This document shows, in pieces, positions 41,274-50,789 of a DNA stretch of 64,000 nucleotides. The notes under the pieces are model-generated. The model did no database searches. It saw nothing but the letters and a program-made list of their open reading frames with translations, and was not told where the DNA came from. Location: contig CAMEWM010000002.1 of NCBI GenBank assembly GCA_945946655.1, positions 48,927-112,926 on the forward strand, given 5' to 3'. Within the stretch, counting starts at the first letter, position 1. The number at the start of each line of letters is the position of its first letter. The position numbers and the translations under genes were made by a program. The DNA comes from an uncultured Clostridium sp. (GTDB lineage: Bacteria > Bacillota > Clostridia > TANB77 > CAG-508).

Positions 41274-42902
41274 TTAATATATAACTAATTTAGAATTTAA
41301 TTCTTTTAAAGTCGTATATCCATCCAATATCTTATTGAATCCGTCTATCACTAAAGGTTTATATCCTTGTTTTAGAGCTTCTCTTCTTATTTCTAGACTG
41401 GATTCATCTTTTATTATTAATTCTTTAATCTCTTCTGTAATATTTAATATTTCAAATATACCAATTCTTCCATAAAATCCACTATTATTACAATAGCTAC
41501 ATCCTACAGTATCATATGTGTGTTTTCCTGTAAAATCATATTCTAGTCCGTATTTTTTAGCTATTCCATTAATAATGTCTTTTTCTTCTTGTGTATATTC
41601 TCTTTCTCTTGCACATTTAGGGCAAACTCTTCTTACCAATCTTTGAGACAAAGATGTTGCTAAAGTACTTGCTATATCATAATTTGAAACACCAATTTTT
41701 CTTAACCTTGTTATAACTTCAATACTATCAATTGTATGAATTGTTGATAAAACATAATGACCTGTTTGACCTGCTTGCATAGCTATTTCAGCTGTTTCTC
41801 TATCACGAATTTCTCCTACAAGAATTATATCTGGGTCTTGTCTTAATACAGTTCTTAATGAATCTGAGAAACTAGCTTTAGCATCAACTTCTATCTGATT
41901 TAAACCTGGAATTCTAATTTCTACGGGGTCTTCAATTGTCGTAACATTTATCTCTGGTCTATTCAAAAAATCTATGATACTGTATAATGTTGTTGTTTTT
42001 CCTTCTCCAGTAGGAGCCGCAACAAGAACTATACTATTTTTCTTATTAAAACATTTTTTTACTAATTCAGGATCATTTGGGAATCCTAGTTCGAATATTT
42101 GTTGTACATCTGCATTTTTCTTTAATAATCTTAAAACAAATTTTTCTCCATATACATTCTTCTGAGAAGATACACGAATATTATAATCATTATATAATAA
42201 GATTCTACCATCTTGAGACTCTTGCTTTTCTTGGTGCATATTAGAAATTGCTTTAAGTCTTCCTATTAATTGTGATTGTTTTTCTTTTTCAATTGTTGCT
42301 GCAGTTACTAACTCTCCATCGATTCTATATCTTACTCTTATAGAATCCTCTTCTGGTTCTATATGAATATCACTAGCTCTTTTTTCCATTCCATTTTTTA
42401 TAATAGAGTTTACTAATTCAGATATATCAGCATTTACATCTATACTTTCGGTTGAAGCCATTTCCATAGAATCTATAATGTTTTGAACACTACTATCAAA
42501 AGTTATATATCTATCCATTATTAATCCTTTATTTAGGAACAATAATCTCATTGCATCTAACATTTTTTGGTTGGCTGTATTAGAAAAACATACTTTAATT
42601 TTTCCCCCTCCAACTTCAAATGGGATAGCTTTATTCTTCTTTGCAATATCTAATGGCAAATAATCTGTGATATTTATTTTTATATCATCAGCCATTAATA
42701 GCATAGGTTTTTCGCCTAATATTTCACCCATTGCAGTAATTAAGGCATAAGGGTCTCCTAAATGTTGCTCATATAAAATATCTCCTATTTTTTTACTAGG
42801 ATGATTTTTTTGATAATCTAAAGCCTTATTTATATCATCTTCTGTTACAACACCTTTTCTTACAAGTTCTATACCTATTGGTTGTGTTCTTCTGTTATCC
42901 AT
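41274..42902 (-). CDS. pilB: Type IV pilus extension ATPase (PilB/GspE family) with MshEN-like N-terminus
   Basis: ASDIHIEP, VRYRIDG, APTGEGKTTT, TIEDPVE, LRQDPDIILVGEIRD, TGHYVLSTIH, CPKC/CSYC zinc motif. Confidence 0.93.
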   Translation of the reverse strand: MDNRRTQPIGIELVRKGVVTEDDINKALDYQKNHPSKKIGDILYEQHLGDPYALITAMGEILGEKPMLLMADDIKINITDYLPLDIAKKNKAIPFEVGGGKIKVCFSNTANQKMLDAMRLLFLNKGLIMDRYITFDSSVQNIIDSMEMASTESIDVNADISELVNSIIKNGMEKRASDIHIEPEEDSIRVRYRIDGELVTAATIEKEKQSQLIGRLKAISNMHQEKQESQDGRILLYNDYNIRVSSQKNVYGEKFVLRLLKKNADVQQIFELGFPNDPELVKKCFNKKNSIVLVAAPTGEGKTTTLYSIIDFLNRPEINVTTIEDPVEIRIPGLNQIEVDAKASFSDSLRTVLRQDPDIILVGEIRDRETAEIAMQAGQTGHYVLSTIHTIDSIEVITRLRKIGVSNYDIASTLATSLSQRLVRRVCPKCAREREYTQEEKDIINGIAKKYGLEYDFTGKHTYDTVGCSYCNNSGFYGRIGIFEILNITEEIKELIIKDESSLEIRREALKQGYKPLVIDGFNKILDGYTTLKELNSKLVIY

Positions 42903-42948
42903 ATTTTTTATCTCCTTATATATAAATGTTTAGATTTTATATAAAAAA

Positions 42949-43413
42949 TTACCAGTATTTCAAAGTATAATCAATTTGTTTGTTTATTAAGTTTTTATTT
43001 GAATCTCCAATTATTATATTAATTGTAAGTATTTCCTTATCTACATTATCTATTACTATCATCTTTTTACTTATGGTAAAATACTTTACATGACTTGCAA
43101 TTTTATTTTGTCCTCTATATATTCCATCATCAGAATCATTGTATTTGTACGTAGTACCATCTTCAAAAATAATCGTCTTATTGTCATTATCTACATTTAC
43201 ATGTTTATTTGATTTTACATCAGATATAATGCTACTATTAAATTTATCAAATTCACATGAATATTTTGCAGAATCTTTTACTATATTTAGATTTCCATAA
43301 AAGAATGTGCTTACCGTAGCAACAATTCCAACAACAATTAGCATAACAATTATATAGGTAGTAAGAGCCATTAATGTTATACCCTTTTCAGATTTAAAAT
43401 ACTTTTTATTCAT
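42949..43413 (-). CDS. Minor pilin / pseudopilin-like protein
   Basis: Class III-like leader KSEKG|ITLMALTTYIIVMLIVVGI. Confidence 0.8.
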   Translation of the reverse strand: MNKKYFKSEKGITLMALTTYIIVMLIVVGIVATVSTFFYGNLNIVKDSAKYSCEFDKFNSSIISDVKSNKHVNVDNDNKTIIFEDGTTYKYNDSDDGIYRGQNKIASHVKYFTISKKMIVIDNVDKEILTINIIIGDSNKNLINKQIDYTLKYW

Positions 43414-43823
43414 TCTTTATATATTTCCTTTATCTTTAATTTATTTATTGTTATAGACTTCTGTTCTCCATTTATGTCGTAAACAACCTTTACAACTACT
43501 TTCTTTATTAGATTTTCCTCAAGAACATCTGTTGAAAAATTGATAGCATAGTCGTTAGCAACATCTATTTCTCCATTAGTTTTTAAGGTATTTACAAAAT
43601 TTTCATCTATTTCATTAAAAGATTTTTCATCCACTTTTTCTAATACAATAGTTGCATATGCCATTGCATTTGCACTTTTTTGTATTTCAATAGAATTCTT
43701 ATATATACTTGACATTAAGGTAATTATTAATCCAGAAAAGATAGATAATACAACAATTGATATAGTTAAATCAATTCCAGTAACACCTTTATTGTCTAAA
43801 ATTTTCATATTCCTTTTTTTCAT
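43410..43823 (-). CDS. Minor pilin / pseudopilin-like protein
   Basis: Leader DNKG|VTGIDLTISIVVLSIFSGLI; start set to ATG 43823 after the AGGTG RBS. Confidence 0.8.
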   Translation of the reverse strand: MKKRNMKILDNKGVTGIDLTISIVVLSIFSGLIITLMSSIYKNSIEIQKSANAMAYATIVLEKVDEKSFNEIDENFVNTLKTNGEIDVANDYAINFSTDVLEENLIKKVVVKVVYDINGEQKSITINKLKIKEIYKE

Positions 43824-43828
43824 GTTTA

Positions 43829-44635
43829 TCACCTATAAAAAATCATAAAATTAGTTGCTATCAATGTAATTATATTTGTTACGCATAAATAAAATCCTGC
43901 TGGTATTTCTTTTTTCTTTGTTTTCTTTACATATTTTGCCCTTTTTTCTTGAATCTTATCAATTAATAATTTTATTGCAATAGCTAATAATGTAAAAATA
44001 ACTGTTAAAATAGAACAATATTCATATGTAAACATAAGCATTAGTGTTAATAATATTAAACAATCTATAGTGTAATTATTCTTTAACTTTTTCTTATAAT
44101 ATACAGTGTTTATAGTAGTTAATATCACTAATAAAACCAAATATATGACATATCTATAGATATTAGCATTTTCTACTATGCATAGATATATTATATATAT
44201 AGATTCCACTATTACTAAGTATAAAATAATTTCACTCTGTATTTGTACTTTTTCGTTGTCAATTCCTGACATGATAAATAGACCAGCTATATAAAGCAAG
44301 CCAAATATAAAATATGAAATTATAGAAATATTTAAAGTTTGTATTCCTAGCTTTATTGATAATGCAAATAATACAAATACTAAACCAGAACATAATTCCA
44401 AAATAAAATATCTTGGTCGTATTTTCTTTTTACAATATCTACATTTTCCCCTTAAAAAAATATAACTAAACAATGGAATCATATCCCAAAATGATAATTT
44501 ATGATTACAATGTGGACAGTACGATCTTGTGTGAGTTATATCTTCTCCTCTAGGAATTCTATAAACAGCTAAAGTAAAGAAACTTCCAAAAGCTATTCCT
44601 ATTAAAAAAATATATATGTAAATTATTATATTCAT
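43829..44635 (-). CDS. pilD: Prepilin peptidase-like protein (A24, N-terminal zinc-binding domain) with divergent protease motif
   Basis: GSFF..VYRIP, SYCPHC, IPLFSYIFLRGKCRYC, SGID, IPAGFYL; start set to ATG 44635 (AAGGAG RBS). Confidence 0.82.
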   Translation of the reverse strand: MNIIIYIYIFLIGIAFGSFFTLAVYRIPRGEDITHTRSYCPHCNHKLSFWDMIPLFSYIFLRGKCRYCKKKIRPRYFILELCSGLVFVLFALSIKLGIQTLNISIISYFIFGLLYIAGLFIMSGIDNEKVQIQSEIILYLVIVESIYIIYLCIVENANIYRYVIYLVLLVILTTINTVYYKKKLKNNYTIDCLILLTLMLMFTYEYCSILTVIFTLLAIAIKLLIDKIQEKRAKYVKKTKKKEIPAGFYLCVTNIITLIATNFMIFYR

Positions 44636-44649
44636 TTTTCTCCTTATGT

Positions 44650-44699
44650 AAAAAAGGTTACCCAATATCCCTTCTTTATAAATAGTTTTAGGTAACCTT
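44650..44699 (-). terminator. Intra-operon terminator/attenuator downstream of the short pilin
   Basis: Minus strand AAGGTTACCTAA-22 nt-TTGGGTAACCTT followed by a T-run. Confidence 0.6.
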
Positions 44700-44741
44700 G
44701 CTTTACATTAATATAATCTTAATTTATTTTTCTTATGCCAT

Positions 44742-44957
44742 CTAATCATTGATATGATTCATATATTCAATTGCATTTTGCATCATACTATTTTCTTCTT
44801 TTGCAGCTGCTGTATAATTAGTTTTTGCTGCTTGTGATTTTGTAACAATACCATTTTGTCCCACAACTAAGCTGATACTAACGCCAGCTAATATTAATAA
44901 AACAACTATAGTTACAACTAAAGCTACTAATGTTATACCTCTTTCTTTCTTAAACAT
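44742..44957 (-). CDS. Very short type IV pilin (71-aa precursor; likely major pilin)
   Basis: MFKKERG|ITLVALVVTIVVLLILAGVSISLVVGQNG; strong GGAGG RBS. Confidence 0.85.
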   Translation of the reverse strand: MFKKERGITLVALVVTIVVLLILAGVSISLVVGQNGIVTKSQAAKTNYTAAAKEENSMMQNAIEYMNHIND

Positions 44958-45013
44958 ATAAAATTCCTCCTTTGATTATTTTTGTATATATTTATTTTAA
45001 AATATAACCTAAT

Positions 45014-45418
45014 TTATTTTATTCCTCCAGTACTATTAAAGAAATGATCTGTCGAGTCTGGATTTGTATTTGTAGTTCCTCCTGATGTGCCACCTGCAGG
45101 AACATTCGTTGTAGTATTTCCTGTTACACCAGCAGAAGCTGGAGCAAAAGGATTAGCTTTTCCTGAATCATAGCTATGATCTTGCCTATACATAGTTAAA
45201 TCTGAATCAGTTATTTCTAATGTTATATTCTGTTTTGGATAGTCTACAATTTCTTGGCTTATTTCATCCTTTATTGTATTTGATGTTTTATAAGCTTCAA
45301 CAGTACTTGGAACTACTTTATTGGTTGGTATATAGTCATAAAATATTACTCCCAATACTAGGCATATAGCTACGCATAAAAGTAATATTATAAATATTTC
45401 TTTTATAATTGATTTCAT
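45014..45418 (-). CDS. Bitopic membrane protein, PilP-like position
   Basis: N-terminal TM, GKANPF motif, G/T-rich disordered tail; located within the pil operon. Confidence 0.55.
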   Translation of the reverse strand: MKSIIKEIFIILLLCVAICLVLGVIFYDYIPTNKVVPSTVEAYKTSNTIKDEISQEIVDYPKQNITLEITDSDLTMYRQDHSYDSGKANPFAPASAGVTGNTTTNVPAGGTSGGTTNTNPDSTDHFFNSTGGIK

Positions 45419-45442
45419 GAATTTACTCCTTCCAATAAATTA

Positions 45443-46171
45443 TTAATCTGTAGTTTGATTATTTTTTTCTTGACTATTATTTTCATTATTTTGAGAATTT
45501 CCTTTAAATGTATTCGTATTAGAATTACTTGAATTAGATGAAGTTATACTTTCTTCTTTTATACCTATATTTGATACTGAAAATGTAGCAGTTACTCTAA
45601 CATCATTTTGTGTAGCAGTATTATTGCTTCCGCTACTTGCAGTTGCAGCTCCAGCTGACACAATTTTAAAGTTTTCTATTCTAAAAGCAAGCTCTGAATC
45701 ATTTTCTAATGAATATATATAATTTATAATTCCAATATAATTTCCTGTAATAGTAAAGTTTAAGGTATACTTATTATTTACTCCTGTTGATACAACATTC
45801 CAAGTCAAGCCCAATCCTTCTTGAGTAGCGTAAGTACCAACTTTATCCCATAGAAATTCCATAGCATATGATTGTTCTTGGTTAGCTTGTTGAATCTCTG
45901 TATCTGTACTTATACTTGCTAAATCTAAATAATTTTGCTTAGCTGTTGTTAAATTTTTAATAGAGTTTTGTAAATCATTTAATTTCTTTTTATATGTTAC
46001 ATTCTTCAAATTGTTCAATTCTTCTATTTCAGAGTCTAACTTCAAACTACTAGTTTTGATTTCTGCAATACTCAATATTTGAAATTGACCAATTGAAGCT
46101 CCCCTAATCATACAAATTATTATTAATGCTGTCAAAAGTATAGAAAATACGGAAATCAATACATTTTTCAT
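45443..46171 (-). CDS. PilO/GspM-like alignment protein
   Basis: TM, coiled coil, ferredoxin-like LNFTITGNYIGIINYIYSLE..IENFKI. Confidence 0.7.
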   Translation of the reverse strand: MKNVLISVFSILLTALIIICMIRGASIGQFQILSIAEIKTSSLKLDSEIEELNNLKNVTYKKKLNDLQNSIKNLTTAKQNYLDLASISTDTEIQQANQEQSYAMEFLWDKVGTYATQEGLGLTWNVVSTGVNNKYTLNFTITGNYIGIINYIYSLENDSELAFRIENFKIVSAGAATASSGSNNTATQNDVRVTATFSVSNIGIKEESITSSNSSNSNTNTFKGNSQNNENNSQEKNNQTTD

Positions 46172-47784
46172 GGCAAATCTCCTTCTATTACAATTTTTAC
46201 AAGGCTACTTTCTTTTACAGCTTCAGAAGATACTACTGATGTTGGTTCTAATACACCTTTTGATTTTAATAAAGCTTTAAAATATGCCAATTGTTCGTAT
46301 TTGCTAGATTGAGCATTAATAACAATTTTCTTTCCACTCGGATTTTCTATTGAAGTTAATTGTACTTCCTTCGGAATAACATACATAATTTCACTTAATA
46401 GTGTAGTTATTGAATTTTTATATATATTTTTATCATTAAGTGCATCAGTAGCATTTTGTAAATTTGTTGTAAGCGTTGTATATTCTGATGTCTTTGCATC
46501 TACTTTTTCTTTATCTTTATCTATTAAGCTGATTTGTTTATTTATATCTGTTCTAGTTGCTTCTATGCTGTCTTCTTTATTTTTTAATTCAAAATTTATA
46601 TATTCTACTATTCCTATATATAAAACAGTTAAAATTAATACTCCAGCAAATTCACGCATAATCCACTGTTTTACCTTTGGAGTGTCTAAGCTAAAATTAA
46701 TCTTATTTTTTCCATTGCTTTTGCCTTTTGATTTTCCTATAGTAACATCTGATGTTAAAGCTATACGTAATTGCTCTCCAAAGCTTTTTTTATTAAAGTT
46801 TACATTTTTTAATCCATATCCTAGTCCTTGTAGCGCTAAAGATATTGCTGAGTTTACTTCGATGTAATCTTTCATATTTATCTTTGGAGTATCTTCTATA
46901 AAAAATGGTTTTAATATTTGACAATCTATACCATTCAAAATCTCTTCAAAATACAAATCTATATTATTTATTACAGATGCTGTACCTGTAATATAAACTT
47001 TATTTATCTTAAATAATGAAGCATTGATTATGTCCTTTACTTGTGATGCAATTGTATACAGTGTTGGAATTATATCTTCAAGATATGAGCTTTCTTGTTC
47101 CTGTAAATCTCTTCCTTCCATTGTATAAATTGTTGTGTTTTTGCAAATTTCATAAGCTTTTAAATATGAATTTTCTTTTGAATTAATTGCATCCAAAATT
47201 TGACTAGCTCCAGCTGGAATATTTTGAATGTCATATATTTTTTCTCCTACTAAAGTAGTTACTACTGTTGTATCTTCTATGTTCACTATTATTGCGTTTT
47301 CTTTTGAATTCAAGTTTGCAATATTAGGTATACTTAAAGAAATAGGCGTTACTGCTTCAAGTTTTTTTCCTTCAAAGTCTTGCAATATTTTCGTTATCTT
47401 CATTTTATTCTCAGATACGTGTATTACTTTGATTTTTTCCTTATCATTCTGGTCATTAACCAAAACATATCTTGATTCTAATGCATTTGGATTATATTGT
47501 TTTTCAACACATAAAGATTCAAATTCAGTATCTATAGCTTTAGCCAAATCTTTTTTGTTTAGTAAATCTGACATATAAAAGTAATTATACATCTCATCTG
47601 AAATGTTAACGCTAATTGGATCTTTAAAGCTAAAAGTCTCTGATATAATCTGATTTATAGTTTCTTGAAAATTTGAATATATCTTTATTCCAAAGGCATC
47701 AACTTTTAAGTCATCTTTTTCTCTAGATATTTTTGCATATTTAATTATATTTTTGTCTATATATACACCTAAACAGCTAGCCAT
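46168..47784 (-). CDS. PilM-PilN fusion (GspL-like architecture)
   Basis: Actin-like PilM N-terminus (LGVYIDKNIIKYA; VYITGTASVINNID), one TM, coiled coil and PilN-like LLSEIMYVIPKEVQLTSIE..IVINAQS; start set to ATG 47784. Confidence 0.78.
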   Translation of the reverse strand: MASCLGVYIDKNIIKYAKISREKDDLKVDAFGIKIYSNFQETINQIISETFSFKDPISVNISDEMYNYFYMSDLLNKKDLAKAIDTEFESLCVEKQYNPNALESRYVLVNDQNDKEKIKVIHVSENKMKITKILQDFEGKKLEAVTPISLSIPNIANLNSKENAIIVNIEDTTVVTTLVGEKIYDIQNIPAGASQILDAINSKENSYLKAYEICKNTTIYTMEGRDLQEQESSYLEDIIPTLYTIASQVKDIINASLFKINKVYITGTASVINNIDLYFEEILNGIDCQILKPFFIEDTPKINMKDYIEVNSAISLALQGLGYGLKNVNFNKKSFGEQLRIALTSDVTIGKSKGKSNGKNKINFSLDTPKVKQWIMREFAGVLILTVLYIGIVEYINFELKNKEDSIEATRTDINKQISLIDKDKEKVDAKTSEYTTLTTNLQNATDALNDKNIYKNSITTLLSEIMYVIPKEVQLTSIENPSGKKIVINAQSSKYEQLAYFKALLKSKGVLEPTSVVSSEAVKESSLVKIVIEGDLP

Positions 47785-48030
47785 ATTAATTCCTTTCATT
47801 ATTCTTTCTTTATTTATGTTTTACAAATTCAAATAAAAAAATACAATAAAAATAACAAATACATATTTTTGTATATTTTACACAATATTATTTTATCTTT
47901 TTTTGCAAAAAAGTCAACAGATATGTCAGAATAGTAATTCAAATGTAATATTGTAACATTTTTGAAATAGTTATTTTTTGTAAAAAAATAATACTCTGTC
48001 TTATTATAGCAAAGTATTATTTTTTATTTT

Positions 48031-48846
48031 TTATATTGCTAAACTTTTTATAAAAGCTATTGCAATAATCAATATTCCAAATATAATTCTATATATTGCA
48101 AAAACTTTAAAACTTCCCTTTTTTAGATACTTCAATAAGAATTTTATTACTAACAATCCTACTAAAAAGCTAGTAACAACACCTATAATAAATGGAATGC
48201 TAAAAACAAAATCTTTAAATTTAAGTAAAGTCGCAGCAAATACGATTGGCGTAGACAATAAAAATGAATATTTAGCAGCTGCTTCTCTTGTAACCCCCAT
48301 TGCTCTTGCAGTAGTCATTGTTATTCCAGAACGTGAAACTCCTGGTATAAAAGCTAAGGCTTGAGATAATCCTATTAAAAAAGTTTGCTTTAATGTCATT
48401 TCTTCATATTTTGTTTTATTTTTTGCATTTTTATCTACAACATATAGCACTATACCCATTACAATTAAAGCAATTGCAATTATTATAGGTCTAGTTAAAA
48501 AGTCCTCACAAAAATGATCTAATAAGAATCCTATTATACCACCAGGTATAGTAGCTAAAACAATATACCAAAACATTCTTCCTTGAACAGTTTTTTCTTT
48601 TTTTACAACATAGCAGAATCCGCCTTTTATTAATTGTATCCAATCTTCAAAAAACACTATAACAATAGCTAACAATGTGCCAAAATGTAGTGCCACGTCA
48701 AAACCTTCAAAAGCTTCCGTGAACCCTGGTTGTGACATCCATCCAAACATCCATGGTATTATATTTAAATGAGCGGAACTAGATATTGGTAATAGTTCTG
48801 TTATTCCTTGTATAATTCCTAAAATTAAAGCTTGATATATTTCCAT
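48031..48846 (-). CDS. uppP: Undecaprenyl-diphosphate phosphatase
   Basis: GIIQGITELLPISSSAH, LHFGTLLA, PGVSRSGIT. Confidence 0.96.
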   Translation of the reverse strand: MEIYQALILGIIQGITELLPISSSAHLNIIPWMFGWMSQPGFTEAFEGFDVALHFGTLLAIVIVFFEDWIQLIKGGFCYVVKKEKTVQGRMFWYIVLATIPGGIIGFLLDHFCEDFLTRPIIIAIALIVMGIVLYVVDKNAKNKTKYEEMTLKQTFLIGLSQALAFIPGVSRSGITMTTARAMGVTREAAAKYSFLLSTPIVFAATLLKFKDFVFSIPFIIGVVTSFLVGLLVIKFLLKYLKKGSFKVFAIYRIIFGILIIAIAFIKSLAI

Positions 48847-48903
48847 ATTTTTCTCCTTTTGTTTTCTATAATTATATTTTCTATATAATTATAATATGAA
48901 TAT

Positions 48904-50130
48904 TTATTCTCCAATCTGTCTATCTTGGTCATAATTTATTTCTTGTTTTTTAGTTCTTTTTACATTTTCTATCATTTCAATGTCATTGTTGTTTAATTTT
49001 CCAACCAATTTACAGGTATTATCCAAATGCATATCAATCAATATTTCTTTCTTGCTTAGTAATTTCTTTTTATTTTTCTTTTTACCTTCCACATTTATTT
49101 TAGGTTTATTAACCTCATCTATTATTGGCATAAATATATTCTCTTCTGCCATTTTTTCATATATCGTTGGATTCTCTTCTATAGCTATATTAGCATAATT
49201 TTTTGCTTTATCAGTTTCACCTTTAATCATAGCTATTCGTGCTAAATAATAATATGCACCAGCTTCTACCTCTTCTGCGTCAATACATTCCATGAAGTAT
49301 TTCTCTGCTTCTTCTAAGTCTCCATATAATAAATTTAGTTGTCCAAGACTGTATCTAGCATGATATAAAATACTATTTATTTGTGCAGCTTTTTCATAAC
49401 ATTCTTTTGCTTTTGCAAAATCATTTATCATTGTATATGTCATACCAAGATTATAATATAAATCATAGTCAGCAGGTCTATATTTTAGTGCAGCCATATA
49501 TACTTGTACAGCCTCTTTATATTCTTGCTTACTATTCAAAATATCTGCTAGAATCATACTTGCTTCATAATAATCCGGTCTCTTCTTTAATAGATCAGAA
49601 AATATTTCTATAGCTTCGTTTTCTCTTCCTACATTTCCATATAATTTACCTATTTTTATATATATATCTTGATCTTTTTGATTAAATTCATATACCTTTT
49701 CATATTCTTCTAAAGCTAACTCATACTTTTCATTTTCTTCGTATAGTTCAGCTAACATTTTATGTCCTTTATACGAATTAGGATACTTACTTATAAGTTG
49801 TAATAAATATTTTTTTGATATTTCTTCTTTTCCTATTAAAAGTGATATTTTGGCCACCATCAAATAAAATACTTCTGCGAACTCAATCTTTTTAGCGTAC
49901 TCTAACCATATAAAGAATATAGGAATGAATACTGATAGTATATACATAATTAGCTTAATAATTAATCCAAAACTTTTTCCCAAGCTTAGTTCTATAAAAT
50001 TTATTGCTATACCTATAAATTGTAAAACTAATAAATAAACATAACTTGTATCATTCTTTCTTATCAATTTTAAGAATATTAATATAAATAGCGAAAACGC
50101 AAATAGATTAAATATTATTTTTTCAAACAT
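48904..50130 (-). CDS. Membrane-anchored tetratricopeptide-repeat protein
   Basis: Three N-terminal TM segments followed by about eight TPR-like repeats. Confidence 0.88.
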   Translation of the reverse strand: MFEKIIFNLFAFSLFILIFLKLIRKNDTSYVYLLVLQFIGIAINFIELSLGKSFGLIIKLIMYILSVFIPIFFIWLEYAKKIEFAEVFYLMVAKISLLIGKEEISKKYLLQLISKYPNSYKGHKMLAELYEENEKYELALEEYEKVYEFNQKDQDIYIKIGKLYGNVGRENEAIEIFSDLLKKRPDYYEASMILADILNSKQEYKEAVQVYMAALKYRPADYDLYYNLGMTYTMINDFAKAKECYEKAAQINSILYHARYSLGQLNLLYGDLEEAEKYFMECIDAEEVEAGAYYYLARIAMIKGETDKAKNYANIAIEENPTIYEKMAEENIFMPIIDEVNKPKINVEGKKKNKKKLLSKKEILIDMHLDNTCKLVGKLNNNDIEMIENVKRTKKQEINYDQDRQIGE

Positions 50131-50148
50131 TAGTATCTCCTCTATTAG

Positions 50149-50682
50149 TTATTTTTTTAAGAATTTTTCATTATAATTATCTATAGCCTCTTGAATTATT
50201 TCTTCAGCTTCTTTTCTTCCCATAATTTTATCTACAGTTGTTTTCTTTCCTTCTAGTTGTTTATATACCTCAAAAAAGTGCATTATTTCAGCCGATGTTT
50301 GAGCTGGAATTTCGCTTATATCCTTATACTCATTTAAAAAAGGATCTTTTTTAGCTATCGCAATTATTTTTTCATCATCTTCACCATTATCCGTCATTCT
50401 TAATACTCCAATTGGATAACACTCTACAAGTGTTAATGGATATATTTCTTCTTGGCAAAGTACTAATACATCTAATGGATCTTTATCTCCAGCATATGTC
50501 CTTGGTATAAATCCATAGTTAGCAGGGTAATGAGTTGCAGTATATAAAATTCTATCTAATTTTAAGAAGCCTGTATCTTTATCTAACTCGTATTTGTTCT
50601 TACTTCCTTTTGGTATCTCTATAACAGCTGCAAAATCATCTTTCTTTATTCTATCTTCATTAATATCATGCCATATATTCAT
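50149..50682 (-). CDS. ppa: Family I inorganic pyrophosphatase
   Basis: IEIPKGSKNKYE, YPANYGFIPRT, DKDPLDVLV, DEKII, HFFEVYK. Confidence 0.96.
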   Translation of the reverse strand: MNIWHDINEDRIKKDDFAAVIEIPKGSKNKYELDKDTGFLKLDRILYTATHYPANYGFIPRTYAGDKDPLDVLVLCQEEIYPLTLVECYPIGVLRMTDNGEDDEKIIAIAKKDPFLNEYKDISEIPAQTSAEIMHFFEVYKQLEGKKTTVDKIMGRKEAEEIIQEAIDNYNEKFLKK

Positions 50683-50789
50683 ATTTATTCCTTCTTTCTT
50701 TTTTTATCATGTTTTATTTTAAGGCATTTGCAAAAAAAAGTCTAGTATTTTAGTGTTTTTTACGATAAAAAGTAAGTGATTTTGTTCAC

